Below, piece by piece: positions 44,101 through 57,253 of a stretch of 64,000 nt of DNA. A program made the position numbers and the translations under genes. Positions within the stretch are counted from its first letter, which is position 1. Each line of letters opens with the position of its first letter. The notes under the pieces were generated by a model. The model ran no database searches. It saw nothing but the letters and a program-made list of their open reading frames with translations, and was not told where the DNA came from. The stretch comes from Rhizaria sp. SCN 62-66. Its lineage: Eukaryota. The stretch covers positions 1-64,000 of the forward strand of contig MEDY01000223.1 of the NCBI GenBank assembly GCA_001724265.1, in the 5' to 3' direction.

Positions 44101-44258
44101 CCATCGTCGGTGGGGGGCGGCGCGGCGAAGGACGCTGTAGCATTGGGGTCGGAAAGAGAGGAGTATGAGCGGGAGGAGGACGGCTCAGCCGCGACCGCTG
44201 TGGCGGCGGCGGCGGCGGCGGCAGCTGAGGCGGGCTCAGGCTTGCGCTGTTTGCCCAT
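41169..44258 (-). CDS. Spinster-like MFS transporter (1029 aa, single coding exon) with a large hydrophilic insertion
   Basis: DDLGLTGAQYGTLTG, MFS motif A GYVADNHNRK, LLARGVQALGQG, ERGVANGV, GGRICDWW, PRVRGMAMA, GPLFVGVLDD. Many hydrophobic segments; TAA stop. Confidence 0.88.
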   Translation of the reverse strand: MGKQRKPEPASAAAAAAAATAVAAEPSSSRSYSSLSDPNATASFAAPPPTDDGFKAMTCSPPPPVVSTATVAAKPGATTTPAAMFVSEAQSWGWVRWLMLVVLFCISSSNIMIRYFIVFLYAVPTDGLTPEQAAHESMKDDLGLTGAQYGTLTGPAFMALFAAATTLAGYVADNHNRKWAIALGLSVWSTGTAIMGFSQSFWHVLLARGVQALGQGFCPPLAYSLLASYFSTAERGVANGVLSSGVYVGYSLASLSLMLMSVIGWREACYLVGSISACLLVPLTLIIREPPRPPKPAAPAPAAAAAAVTRSNNINNNSITAAPAPEIANMDADDSGHESGNSKSYQPPLLTNNTLTSSSSNIGTISSTISSDASSDAASEANAGTKLARFPTVPSAIAQRELETGRITRSALSFAWEDTVAARSSRCGSVGVAVHTTTMKLLLLATCLRLIGGLVFGSFLPVYLKREFPDQRKEYAILNAVVVCIGGTVSAILGGRICDWWSRATSAAARDSVNELRRAIERGDADGEDAVQKLPPPLLGLPRSLSNNSRYHKRLSQSQAQRSRKATEVKSANFSLNDPLLAASSGGSDNGNNVSVKSKGGKSSRASNNTTINANAVSNGGAQVVKLTPALLERETFKLTHAANTPANAMSNAAGNSAAGNCADTAEDANGAIASRNAVNNNTLNKKQHQHGHGHGHKAHRTQSDTFGLLLIESDADDDDYYTHDNINGNTPKNSKGNKTRGGLINSVSGLTLNTTELQQQQQQQGQDQGENGVSGLSKGKHAAAMAAGAMPLPSPAPYVYTKSKGTDNGDASQGRLNFPSSASQSSTSSSERFKLHINESIYQRDLTLLMDLVPFAMVSALSCLLSAPFTLGSVMFSSSLYSTMGSLFVAYLLGESWFGPLFVIISNHANITPRVRGMAMALAVSVSGLVSSVGPLFVGVLDDYIGDMRLGIILGVMVPNVLAGIVLLILGLRLNRYRKTRYDLARQRVLYAADLPLECDSDREGQDGNGNDDDDEDDVTEQGRRVAA

Positions 44259-45000
44259 ATGGTCGACTTGCGCGCAGGTCTAGCAGAGCGTAACTGTTTA
44301 CCTATGATGTAACTCTGTTTGAAAAGGTGGTGAAGCGACTATAATATACGGTGGCAAAATTTGATAAAGAATACTGTTGGTTGTGAGGCAGAAGTGGAGG
44401 TAATGCAAAGCCGGGGGAAAATCGGCGTGGGTAGGGAGACCGAAGGCGCGGAATAAGGTAGGATGTCACCTAGACATGTGTAAAATGAAGAAAGAAATTG
44501 AACCGCAAATACAACCAACATAAAGACTACGGGAAACCAACTTTCACTTTTAAACACGGAAGTTGTACGGAGATATTGTGTTGCGGAATTTCTCGCTCGC
44601 AGTGACAGCGACACCACGTCGTCCTCGACCACGAGGCGGTCACGCCAGTCTGCTCGGCCCGACCACAGGCTGCAAACAGACGATTGGCCCAGACTGACTC
44701 CCTCTCACCACTCATCCACAGTCTGAAAGGGGGAAAGTTGGGTTTCGATTCGCCGGGTCGATAAATTTTATTCTGATTGGTCTTGCTATCGTCTGTTGGA
44801 GGTGAAATTGAAAATTCAAACACCCGGCGCATGTTTATCTCTTTGTGTTTTATTCGTGGTTGTTTCCGAAGCTATTTGGTCTCATAGGACTCTCGTCTTG
44901 TCTGCTTCCCGCCCCTCTCTTGTTCATTGCTCCGTTGCGACCCCGAAAACGTGTCCCTCTCATCGCCTGTTTTTCCCCCGCCCTCTGTCTCCAATCACAG

Positions 45001-48000
45001 ATGTACGGCCACACGGGCCGCGAGTCCCTCGAGAAGGTCTAGCTCATTCGGCTCGAAACCCAACGCAACATCGACCTGATAGCCCGCAACCTCCGCGGCT
45101 CATCCCCGGCCTACCACCAGCCCCCGCCGTCGCAGCCGCTGTACTCGCCCTCGCAGACCTACTCCCCGCACCACCTTCCCTACGGCGGCGGCGGTGCGGG
45201 CGGCCACCACGCGCTATTCGCCGCGACCTCGCCTTCCGCCGGCCTCGCAGCCTCACACGGCCACGGCCACGGTCACGGTTTCGCTGCTTATGGGGGCGGC
45301 AACGGAGGGCATCACCCGCATCACCCCAACGCGGCCGGCATCCACGACGGCGCCCTTGTCGTTGTCTCTCCTTCCAACTCCAACAACAGCGGTAACGCCT
45401 ACCCCCTGGTGTTGAGCTCCTCAGACGCCGCCGCCGCCGCCGCCACCGCCGCCGCCGCTGCCGACGGACAGATGCAGTTGCAACGCACTCTTGACCAGGT
45501 CCTCGACAGGCTCAGCAACGTCGAGCGCGCCACCATCGCCAACAACAACAACAACAATAGCATTAACAATGCGGCGAACGCGAGTGTTGGTGCCAGTAAC
45601 CGGAGCGTTGCCGGCGGGAACAATAGCCTCGCGCCTTCAGACTCAACCCTCTCTCTAAACAACAACAACAACGGGGGTAATGCTAACAGTGCTGACACTT
45701 CTGCCGTGAGTCTGTTGCTGCAGCAGCACGACTCCAAACTCTCGAGCCACGACACCGCCATTGCCGCCGTCGCCGATAAAGCCGCCTCTGCCGCCGCCAC
45801 CGCCGACAAGGCCCTCTCGGGCGCTGAGAAGGCAGCCACATCGGCTGACGCCGCCGCCGCCACCGCTGCCACCGCCGCCGCCGCTGCTGACAAGGCTACT
45901 GCGAGTGCTGAGAGGGCAGTGGCCGGCCTGGACCGTGTCACTGGCACCGCCGACCGGGCTCTGACCCTCGCACAAGACTCACGCGTCACCACGGAACGCG
46001 CGCAGATGACTGCTGAGGCCGCGAAGTCGACTGCGGAGTCCGCGAAATCGACTGCTGAGTCAGCAAAGAGCTCGGCAGTGACCGCAACTAGTGCCGCGGA
46101 CAAGCTGCAGCAGACGGCCGAGGCCGCGAAACAGACTGCCGAGTCAGCAAAGTCGGGCTCCGAGGCCGCGAGAGCGACCGCTGAGTCAGCCAAGCAGACT
46201 GCTGAGTCAGCAAAAAGCACCGCCGAGTCTGCCCGCGTCGGTCTCGACGCGGCACGGTCAGCGGCCGACGCCTTCAAGGCCAGCTGCGAGAGCGCTAAGA
46301 GCGCCGCGGACACTGCCAAGTCGACCAGCGAGGCCGCGCGGGCCGCCGCGGACCTCGCCAAGGTGACGGCGGACGCGGCGGCGGCGGCAGCGGCAGAGGC
46401 CGGCAAAGCGGCCACGGGGGCGGTGGCCAGGGTCGCGGCGGTCGAGGCCGCGTTGGCTCTCGCCCCGGCTCAGCTCTCGGTGCTGGCAAACAAGATGGAC
46501 AATGTCGAGCGTCGACTCAGCGGCAATGGTAATCTCAGTAGCTACAATGGCGGCTACAACAACAACGATCTTAACGCCTCTGGGTACAACAGCCACCCCC
46601 ATCTGCAACAACAGCAGAACCACAGTCACAGTCTCGGGCACAGTCACTTCTCCCCTTTTGCCGCTCCCCCCACTGCTGGCGCAATGGCTATGGGTGGCTC
46701 TGCGAGCGACATGGCCAGCATCAACGCCGCTGTCGCCGCCGCTGTGGCCGCCGCGCTGGCCTCCCGAGACGGCGAAGTCGCCGCACTCAAGTCCCACGTG
46801 ACTGCGCTGTCGGCGTCTGTCTCCGCGCTCACAGAGGCCTCGGCCGCCGCGCAAGTGACCGTGGGCGGCCTCAAGGCCACGGTGGGGGCGCTCGAGGAGA
46901 CGGTGGGCAGCGCGGAAGTCAAGGCCGCCGCCGCGGAGGCCAAGGCCGCCGAGGCTGCTGCTGCCGCCGCCGCTGCTGAGGCCAAGGCTGCTGATGCTGA
47001 GGCCAAGGCCGCCGAGGCTGAGGCCAAGGCCGAAGCTGGCGTTCAGAAGGCCCGGGAGCAAGAGAGAGCGTTGCGTAGTGCGTTAGCAGACGCCCTCCGT
47101 GGCATCGCTGCTAGCGGCGGCAACAACAATAGCAACAACAATGGTCATATTGCTGAGTCAGCAAAGCCGGGAATGATGGCTATGGCTGACATCACGACGA
47201 TCGACGACGAGGCTGCGACGGTTATGGCGAGCAACGAAGCCTTCGCTGTGGTCGTCGAGTCGGCGCCTGTCTTGGCGATCCCCAGCAGCGACACCGCTGA
47301 CTCTGCTGCTGCTGGTATGGCCGTCGCTGATGACGACGAGTACAATTACTCGTTCGACCAGTCTATGCCAGTCCCTCTGCCTTCGACTAACAGCTCTAAG
47401 CCCGCCGCGACCACTGCTGTTGCTGCTGAGGCTGGGACTGAGACTGCTGTTGCGTCGAGTAGTGAAGCTATGGCTGCTGAGCTGGCTACTCTCCGCTCGC
47501 AGCTCAATTCCGCCACAAACGACCTCACCGCCCTCAAAACGTCCATGGGCTCGGTTCAATCCACCGTCGACTCGGTCCAGACCACTGTGGGCGCCGTGCA
47601 AGCGACTGTAGGCGCCCTCCAAGTGACCGTGGGTGAGGTCCAGGTGACCGTGGGCGAGCTGCAGGCGACTGTGAGCAGCCAGGCGGAGGTCGTAGAGGAC
47701 GTGTACCAGCGCCAGGGCGGGCAGGAGGACGCGCTGGCTAGTCAGGTGATGCTCTTTAGCTCGGATTTGCATGATCTTTACAACCAAGTCGGCCGTTTCC
47801 CGCCCAAGTCTACCAGCAACAACAACAACGCCTCGAACGGTAACGGCACCTCTGAGACAGAGACTGCTGCTGCTAAGCCTGAGTCGGATGCCTCTGAGAC
47901 TGCGACTGGCAAGCCTGAGGCTGGTAAGACGGAGGCCGAGACTGTTGCTGTGTCCGCGCTGACTCAGCGCGTGTCGAGACTCGAGGGCCAGCTCGCTCGT

Positions 48001-51000
48001 CTGGCTGCCACTACGGCCGCCGCCTCGGCCGCCGCCAGCGAGGCAATCGCGGCCGGCACCGCGGCCACCGAGGTCATCGCTGCCAGCAACAGCAACAACA
48101 ACAACAACAGCAACAGCAACCACAGCGGAACACATGAGGGTAAGCATGACTCTGCGTCGAGTACTCATGACGACGCGAGCGCCGCGAGTGCCGCTGAGAT
48201 GGCCTCCGCGGTGGCCACGGTGAGTGCCGCCTACGACTCTGCGGCCGTCTCGGCGCTCTCAGCCTCGCTGTCGTCCCTCAGCAACGTCGTCTCGGACCTC
48301 AGCGCCACGCTACACGCCCGCACCACAGCGCTTGAGACGGCGGCCACCGAGCTCGACTCGCGCACCGCCAGCCTAGAACAACTCCAGACCGCCGCCAAGG
48401 CCGCGGCTGAGGCCGACAAGGCTGCTGCCGAGGCCGAGGCCAAGGCTGAGAGTGAGGCTGAGATTGCGGTCACCATGAGCGTCGTCAATAGCGTTCTCGA
48501 GAAGGCCGAGGCTGCGTTTGAGCTCGCTAGCACCACCGCGGTGACTGTGGGCAAGCTCGAGGACGGCTTAACTTCCGTCCAGGGCGACCTAACTTCCGTC
48601 CAGAGTGGCTTGGCTTCCGAGGTTGAGTCCCTCAAGAGCAGCGTAGCTTCCCTCGAATTCCAGCTCGACGACGGCTTAACTTCCGCGCACAGCGCCCTAA
48701 CTTCCGCCGAGGACGCGCTCTACGCCGCGATCGACACCGTGCAGAGCGAGGCCGACGCCGCGATCGCGAAGCTCGCGGCGCAGTCCCGCGCCAGTGACGA
48801 GGCCGCGCGCGCCCGCATCGCCGCCGTTGCTGATTCGGCAGCGGCGTCCGCCACTGAGGCAGCGACGGCGGCCGTGGCTGCCGTGAGCGAGGAGCTGATG
48901 GAGGAGCTCGGCAAGGCCAACGCTGGACTGATGCAGACCTCGACCGACGTGGACACCTACGTCGCGGTCATCAAGGACCTCGCGGGCCGTGTCACCAAGA
49001 CGGAGCGCGTCGTCGAGGCCGGCAACGCGGCCTTCACGCTGTACGCCGAGAACAGCACGGCTCGCCACGAGGCCGCCGTCGCCGCCGCCGCCGCCGCCAC
49101 GGGCGCCGTGGCCGCCGCTCTGGCCGCTGCCACCGCCGCCAACGAGACTGCCGCAGAGGCTGCCGCTGAAGCTGCCGCTGCGAACGCCGCCACCGCGGCT
49201 GCCGAGGCCACTGCCGCTGCCGAGGCCGCCTCTGCTGCAGTGGCAGCTCTCTCTGCCACTGTCAACGACAACAAGGTTGTGACTGAGCAAGCGCTCGCGG
49301 ACTCGGCGGTGCGGGTAAGTACCCTCGAGGAGGGTCTAAGTACCCTGCTCACGGTCACCGAGGCCATCCCCGCCCTCACGGCCACAGTCGCCACCGTCGA
49401 GACTGCGGTCACCGCAGCGCAACACGCTGCCGAGTCAGCACAGCTCATTGCTGAGACCGCTCAGGCGACTGCCGAGACCGCTCAGCAGACTGCCGAGTCG
49501 GCGCAACAACTCGCCGACTCTGCCCAGGCCTCTGCCGACACCGCCCAGGCGACTGCGGACACCGCGCAGCAGCTCGCCGAGTCCGCCCAGACCGCGGCCG
49601 AGACGGCGCAAGCGGCGGCCGACTCTGCGCAACACTCCGCCGAGGCGGCCGCTGTGACCGGGAGCAAGACCCGCGGCGAGCTCGACTTGGTGGTTGACTC
49701 GGTCGCCGCTGTTGAGGGCGACGTCGCCAATCATGGCGAGGCCATCACCGTGCTCAACGGCACTGTCACGGCCTTCACGGCCACCGTGCAGGCCAGCGTC
49801 GGCGCGCTCAACGCATCGGTCGCGCGTTCGGTCGCCGAGGTCGACGCTAAGGCCACCACCATCGAGGGGGCGTTCGCGGCGGCCAGCGCGCAGTACAAGG
49901 AGATGGAGCAGAAAGTGGAGGTGGTGACGCTGGAGCAGCAGATGACGCGGCAGGAGTACCTCAAGGTGTTGGTCAAGCTCCGCTCGCAGGAAGAAGGCGG
50001 CGACCTGTCTCGCCGTGTCGAGGAGCTTGAATCGTCGATCCACCTCAACAACACCATGACCAGCGCGAACATCAACGCCGACGCCGCTGTGCCGCCCCAT
50101 CCCCGTGTTAGTGCCGTTGGTGGCACGAGTGCAGGCCTGCTTGCGATGCGTTCAGGCTCCCCGTTCCGTCCCCCGGCCTCCGCCCTCGCCGCCGCCGCCG
50201 CCGCTGCGAATGCTAATAATGCAAACGCTCTGTCTCACGGCGACGGCGGCAGAGTCGCGGCCAGCGAGCACCACCAGCAGCAGTCGCTGTCTGACTTGTC
50301 GTTCGTCGACGGCATCGTGACCACGCACAACGAGCTCACCGCCAACGCCGCCGGAACCGGCAGCAACGCCTACAATATCAATGGCAGCGGCAGTGGCGGC
50401 AATGGTAGCGCCACCAGTAGCATGGTTGGGGACATGCCGCTCACGCCGCGCCAGCAGCAGCAGGCGCAGCACCTCATGCAGCTTCAGCAGCAGTCCCAGC
50501 AGCAGCAGCAGCAGCAGTCTCACGTGATGCGGTCCCCGCTGCGTGCAACCATCGCTGCTGCGCGCGCCAACAGCAGCAACAACAACAGCGCGGCGTCGTC
50601 GTTCGTGCACTTCCCCATCGCGACCGACGCCGCCAACACGCACAGTGTTAGCAATGGTGACGTGACGGTGACTGATGTGCTTGAGCTGGCCAGTGAGGCC
50701 CTCAATAGGGCCAACGAGGCCGAGATGGCGCTCACCGCGTTCCAGGTATGTCTCAATAACTAAAATCAACGACTTCACATTAAACACATAACGATTCTAC
50801 TGTATGCCACTATTTTTACTCTAAATGCTACCTCTACATTTTGACTTTCATACTCACAATATTCCGTGTTATATCTCTCTGTTTGTAATGCCTATGAAGG
50901 CCGACGTCGAGGCCACTCTGGCCAAGCTCGCGGCCCAGAGCAAGGAGACTGTGGAGGAGACGGTGGCCCGTGTCACCGTGCTTGAGAACCGCATTGAGTC

Positions 51001-51809
51001 GGCTGAGACCCGCAGTGACGAGCTCGAGGACAAGATCGAGGCGCTTGCGGAGGAAAGTCAAGCCGCCATGAGTACCATGGGTTCCGCGAACAAGTTTACC
51101 CCGAAGCCCAAGTCCAAGAAGGATAGTAGCAACCTCGACGACGAGGATGAGGAGCTTGACGAGAGCCTCCCTGGCGCTGGCGCTGGCGCGGACGATGTAA
51201 GTGCCCGTCTAAGTGCCCTCGAGGCCCAGCTTGCGGACTCAGCTGCCCAGATCTCTGACGCAGCGGCCGAGCAGGTTGATATCCTCTCTCGTCTCGACGC
51301 CTATGACGTGCGGCTTGACTTCCTGACCTCTAGCACCACCGGCAACAACAACGACAACAACGCCCACAGCAGCAGCAGCAGCAGCAGCGCCGAGAGCAAC
51401 GGCCACTCGATTGTGGCTGTGACGATGCACGCGGCGACCGAGGCCCGTTTCGCTGAGATCGCCGGTGACATCGAGGGCCTTATCTCGGGCCTCGACTCAG
51501 TGACCGACCGGGCAGATGTGGCCCACAGCAAGGCCGAGGCCGCGCTGGCCAAGGCGGACGCCGCCGCGGCCGCTATCGCCGTCCACAAACAGCAGCAGCA
51601 GCAGCAGCAGCAGTCTAACAATAACAACAGCGCGAACAACAACTCTGACGAGGCTAACAAGAGTGTCCATGGGGATGATGAGAGCGGTCACAGTAAGATC
51701 GACTCTCTGTCCGAGCGGCTTAACTTCCTCGAAGACGACTGTGAGCAGCTCGGCCGCCGCGCTGCCGCCGCCGCCGAGGCCGCCGCGCTGGCGCAGTCGG
51801 CTGCCGCGT

Positions 51810-51841
<32 letters not shown>

Positions 51842-52366
51842 GGTGTCGCCGCTGTTGTGGAGGGGCTCGGCGGCAATGCGGCAACTGTGCTGGTCCGGCT
51901 TGAGGAGGCTGAGGCGGCGGTGAGCAAGCTTGAGGCGACTGTGACGGTCAACGACACGCTTCTCAATACGAGCGTCAGCAACGTCAACACAACCAGTGAT
52001 TCCAACGCGAACGCTGCGGCGAGTGCGAGTGAAATTAGTGGCGTTAAGGCTGAGTTGGCTGCTTTGCAGTCGAGCGTCACTGCCCAGTTGTCTCAAAGTC
52101 AGGCCGTGCTCGAGAGCGAGATCGCCGGCGTAAAGGTGACTGTGGGCGAAGTGGCCGGCAATGTGGAGCTGGTTTACGAAGAGCTGATGGAGGCCAAGGG
52201 GCGGCTTGACTTTGTATTTGGGGAGGTTGACGGTGTGAAGGGACACACGGGGTATGTGGGTGGTACTTACGACGCCGCCGCTGCGAACTATGACAACAAC
52301 AACGCTGACAGCGCTGATGAGATCAGCAACGGTGCGGCGGTTGAGGCCAAGCAGCATGCTGAGTAA
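45001..52366 (+). CDS. Very large Ala-rich coiled-coil protein (~2403 aa); exons 45001-50745 and 50900-52366; in-frame TAG at 45040-45042
   Basis: Frame from ATG 45001 runs into the 45409 ORF with a single TAG at codon 14. Phase-0 intron GTATGT..AAG. Heptad repeats. TAA stop. 5' end uncertain because a CAG acceptor-like site directly precedes 45001. Confidence 0.75.
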
Positions 52367-53435
52367 AGCTCAAGCTCAAGCTGAAATTACCAACAGTAAT
52401 ATCAAAGCCAAAAGCTAATCTTATCTCAGCAACTTGAAGCGATTGCTCCTCTCAGTCGGCCAATCAGCAACAGTGTTGTTCTTGACGTCGATTGATTTTT
52501 GATACCTAACACATGCCCTAAGCCCTGACTTGTTTGTATTTTGTTTCTTTTGTTTGTTTCCAAGGAAAGAACGTGAAAAGAATTCTTTCTTTTGATTTGT
52601 TTTTTCATATGACTTAAAAAGTCTACATGTAAAATATGTTTTTGTATACTTTGTTTTTTTCAAATTCGTTTTAATGATAGTTTGATCTGAAAAATGGGGG
52701 GAATTATGAGAGAGCTTGCTCGCTTTTGCAAACCTGCGCATATCAATGGCTTTAACAAACTGTTGGGATAATAATATGCTATGACGCTGATGCTGATATC
52801 ACTGCCTGCGACTGCTGCTGCGACTCTGACTGGTGCAACGACTAGCAAATGGCTTTGTATGTGCTACTTTGACAATAAAATACGTATACTTTGATTCATA
52901 TGCAGTCCTTCTATGATGAGTTTGTTAGACTTGTTGGCATCTCTGCGTTTATGCATCTGAGATCTGCTATATATCGGCCTTGCACTGGCCTCTGCAACCT
53001 TGACTTGTCTTTTGGTCCCTCGACGAGGCCAGGGTGGACAAAAGCCAATGCAGAGCCGTGTAGTCCGCGCGCCAACGACTTGAGCTGCGTTGTCTGGAAC
53101 AGCGCGGCGATTTTGTGTATTAATTTATTCGTATAGATGCATGTATAGGCTTGCGCTTATCTAATGTGATGATTTAGTGCGTGTTCGCTTGGCGCCTGTC
53201 GAGACTCTCGGCGCCTGCCTTTCCTCAACTGTTACGCTCTCAAATTTCCGTCAACCAAGATATCGTCATTATCAAGAGAACAAAACATTCAATTCTATTT
53301 GTTTTTATAATATCATATTTAGTCTTCTAAATTACATGCTTAAATCATCATTTTTTTAATCGCCCTCTTCACTCACTCTCGCCCTCTTGCCTGCACTCTA
53401 ATGAACACCATCGGCCCAGAGACCAACGAAGGGCA

Positions 53436-54602
53436 ATGCCAGCGTGGTTTCTGCTATTGAGTTTCCTCGCGCTCGCTGTGCTTGGACGCGTTGCCCAGGT
53501 CGTTCTCGCCACAATGTCCCGCCGCAAGCGCCGCCAAACAGCTTTCGCCGCCTCTCAACAACGTTCCAATAACTCCAGCAACAACAGCTCCAACACCTCC
53601 AGCGCGAGCGTTAGCCAAACCAACAGCAACACGACTGGCGCTAAGACCTCATCTGCGTCTAAGAGCAAGTGGCGTGTGATGGCTGTGTTGGGCTCTGGAG
53701 GCCACACGTCTGAGCTCATGGCTGTGCTTTCCGCCGTGCCAAGGTGCGATTTCACACAATGTCGCCATATATTCGACATATATCACATGTATAATGTAAC
53801 TACGTTCTTTTTCTTGAGAAACATTGTCTAACTCTAGACGCCGTATTTGTCGCTCTTTTTGTTTGTTTTACTGTTTCTTTAGGTCCAAATTCGCCTCTCT
53901 CGAGTATATCCTTGCAGAGACTGACAAACTCTCCCGCACCCGCATCGAAGCCTACGAGGCCTCACTCGCACTCGCACACCCTCAACAGTCTCAGTCTGCT
54001 GTGAGATCTAAGAACGCTTCTGCGACTGCCGATGTGTCTGCGATCGCGGATGCACCGAAGATCAGTTTCACAACACTGCCCCGCAGCCGCGAAGTCGGGC
54101 AGTCTTTCCGCTCGAGCATCCTCACAACGGCCAAGGCGACATTATTCGCGATGAAACTCGTTTTTAGCAATGTACGTCTTTTCTTTACATCTCAAGACCC
54201 CAATCGTCACATAATCAAGTTCGCATGATGTCTCAATTGACTTTATAATCGCTACTATGAGCTTTAAACAATGAATACGCCTGAGATAACACAGAACAAC
54301 TCACTTTTGTTATATAATCTAAATCTTTGTGTTTCTGCGTGCTGTATTCCCCGCCAAAGACGCCCGACTTGCTCGTGGTCAACGGCCCCGGCACATGCGT
54401 CCCCCTATGTTGGTCTGCTTTTGCCCTCCGCCTCCTCGGCCTCCGGTCGCCGCGCGTCGTCTTTATTGAGTCCTTCGCGCGCGTCTCGCGACTCAGTCTC
54501 TCGGGGTATTTGCTGTACCCGATCGTGGACAGGTTCGTAGTGCAGTGGCCGCAGCAGGCCGAGAAGTTCGCTTACTCAGAGTATATCGGAACCATCTGCT
54601 AA
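53436..54602 (+). CDS. ALG14: UDP-GlcNAc transferase subunit ALG14 (~279 aa); exons 53436-53743, 53883-54171, 54360-54602
   Basis: N-terminal hydrophobic segment; VLGSGGHTSEL, PRSREVGQS, PDLLVVNGPGTCVP, FIESFARV..LSLSG, DRFVVQWP. TAA stop. Confidence 0.95.
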
Positions 54603-55325
54603 GAGAGACAAAACAATGACTTTACGCAATAATGCCGACATCAGAATATTTATCTTGTCTTTTTGGATACTTCATATTGTTTTTGGTTCAATTAGTGATT
54701 ATTACTGGTTGTTTCACGCTTGTTTTATGATGAGTTTTGGTTCAAGAGTTACTTAGCTTCACGTTGAATATGATACATAGCACACGTATACGTTGCCTTG
54801 TCCGAGTAACACATTTAAATAATGGAAACTTGTGTAATTTTGTGGAACATATTCGCATTCTGTTTTATTTTGTCTTTATTTACGTGAACTGGTGTGTTTT
54901 CAGTGTGCTGACGTGTTGGCGCGTGTGGGATCGAGGTGACCGTGAGCAGCAGTGACCGTGAGCACAGCCGAGCGCGAGCTTGAAGCAAGAGAGAAGGGTA
55001 GTCGTACTTAGCAGACGCCAGAAGATATCACCTTCGAAGGCTTCGCACGGCTGCCAGCATGGTTCTTTCGGTCCAGGATTACTAGGTTAGCGAGAGCAAG
55101 TGGTGTTGGTTTCGCGTATTTGATACTATGAGCGGGGGACGTTGTTGATAGGGTCTATTTTCGATTCCCAGTGTGGCCGCGACGTCACCTCTCGTCCCCT
55201 CCAGCGCTTGCTCTTTCCGCCTCTTTCTGCTCCCGGCATCCTTTTCTAGCTTAATTCCCCCCGACTACTAGGTAGCTCACTCTTTTTACTTCCTGCTTGT
55301 TTTGTTTTTTGCGTTTTCCAGAAGC

Positions 55326-57253
55326 ATGTCGAAGCGCACCATTGTCTGCGACAACGGCACGGGCTACTGCAAGGTCGGCTACGCCGGCTCCAACTTCCCC
55401 GAGCACATCTTCCCTTCGATCATCGGCCGCCCGATGATGCGCTTCGAGGAGGAGTTCAAGGACGTCCAGCTCAAGGAAATCATGTGCGGCGATGAGGCTG
55501 CCAAGTACCGCTCCATGCTCAAGACCAGCTACCCCGTCGAGAACGGCCAGGTACGACACTACCACCCTTCCTTTTATCTGCATCTTCGAGCAACGATATC
55601 TCCGCCCATCCGCACTCCCTCTTGATATCCCCACGCCAATTAAACGCAATATCGCCATGTAGATCTGTGTTTTCAGTTTTAGTTCTTCGATCTCACTTCT
55701 TGTGCTTCTATCTTCTCCTTCTTTGCGCTGTCTCGCCGCCTCGCGCCCCTTGTCTCGCTCCGCTGGCTTCTCTGTGATTACTCGCCCTCCCCAGGTTCGC
55801 GACTGGGATGGCATGCGCGCCCTCTGGGACTACACCTTCCACGAGCGCCTCAACATCGACCCCTCGGACCACAAGATCCTGCTGACGGAGCCCCCGCTCA
55901 ACCCGCTCGAGAACAAGAAGAAGATGCTCACCAACATGTTCGAGACCTACGGCTTCGCCGCCGCTAAGGTCGAGATCCAGGTACGTTCCCTTCCCATTAT
56001 ATAGCACCATCTTGCCATCGTCATGTTGCGGTCTAAGATAACTTAAAGATAGATGATCTCTTTTAACACCTGAAATATTATCTCTCTTCTCACCTCGATT
56101 TTATCTTGGCTCTCTATATCCTCCCGCTTTCTCGCTCCTTTTCCTCTTGCTCGACCACAGGCTCTTCTCGTGCTCTACGCCCAGGGCCTCATCAACGGTG
56201 TCGTTGTCGACTCCGGTGACGGTGTGACCCACATCGTGCCTGTCTGGGACAACACCTGCCCCACGCACCTCATCAAGCGCCTCGATGTCGCTGGCCGTCA
56301 CGTCACCCAGTACCTCATCAAGCTCCTCCAGGTACGCCTTCTACCCTCTTCACTTTCGCAAGAGATATATCGCCACGATAACATTCTTGTGACATTAATT
56401 CTGTATAACTTCATATATTTACTCAACATCTATCTATGAGTTTAAATTTATCGCTAACAAAATCTATCTTGTGCCTTTATATTCGCTTTTGTTCTGTTTC
56501 TGTGCTTTTCTTCTCACTCTTAGGCCCGCGGCTACAACTTCAACCGCACTGCCGACTTCGAGACTGTCCGCCAGATCAAGGAGAAGTGCTGCTACGTTGG
56601 CTACGACCTCGAGGTCGAGAAGCGCCTTGCTCTCGAGACCACGACCATGCTCGAGACCTTCGTGCTGCCCGATGACCGCGAGATCAAGGTCGGCATGGAG
56701 CGCTTTGAGGCGCCTGAGGTGCTGTTCAACCCCGCGCTCGTCGACTGCGAGCGCCCCGGTGTCCACAAGATGCTCTTCGACATGATCCAGGTCCGCATCT
56801 ATCTCCAATAACATCTACCAGCTCCTTATTTTTACTTTTATTAGACCTTTTTCTTCCTTTTACTCTTTTTACACTCTACTGACACTCACTCATCTTTGCC
56901 TCTATTTACTCGTCCTATTTGCGCTTCTACAGGAGGCCGACATCGACCTGCGTCCCGCCTTCTACAAGCACATCGTCCTCTCCGGCGGCACCACCATGTT
57001 CCCCGGTCTCCCGTCCCGCATGGAGAAGGAGATGCGTTCCCTGTACTCTGACCTCGTCAAGGGCAACCCCACGAGCATCAAGAAGTTCCAGCTCCGCATC
57101 GAGGACCCCCCGCGCCGCAAGCACATGGTCTTCCTGGGCGGCGCCGTGCTGGCCGACATCATGGACAAGAGCCCCGAGTTCTGGATCACCAAGCAGGAGT
57201 GGGATGAGAACGGTGCGTCCATCATCCAGCGCAAGTTCGGCGGTGCCATCTAA
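55326..57253 (+). CDS. ARP2: Actin-related protein 2 (389 aa); exons 55326-55550, 55795-55980, 56161-56331, 56524-56790, 56933-57253
   Basis: [50 protein letters not shown], Arp2-type [22 protein letters not shown]. All introns phase 0; TAA stop. Confidence 0.96.

Noticed and set aside
54936-54964. Direct repeat GTGACCGTGAGCA x2 upstream of ARP2
   Set aside because: Only two short copies, with no further support for a function.
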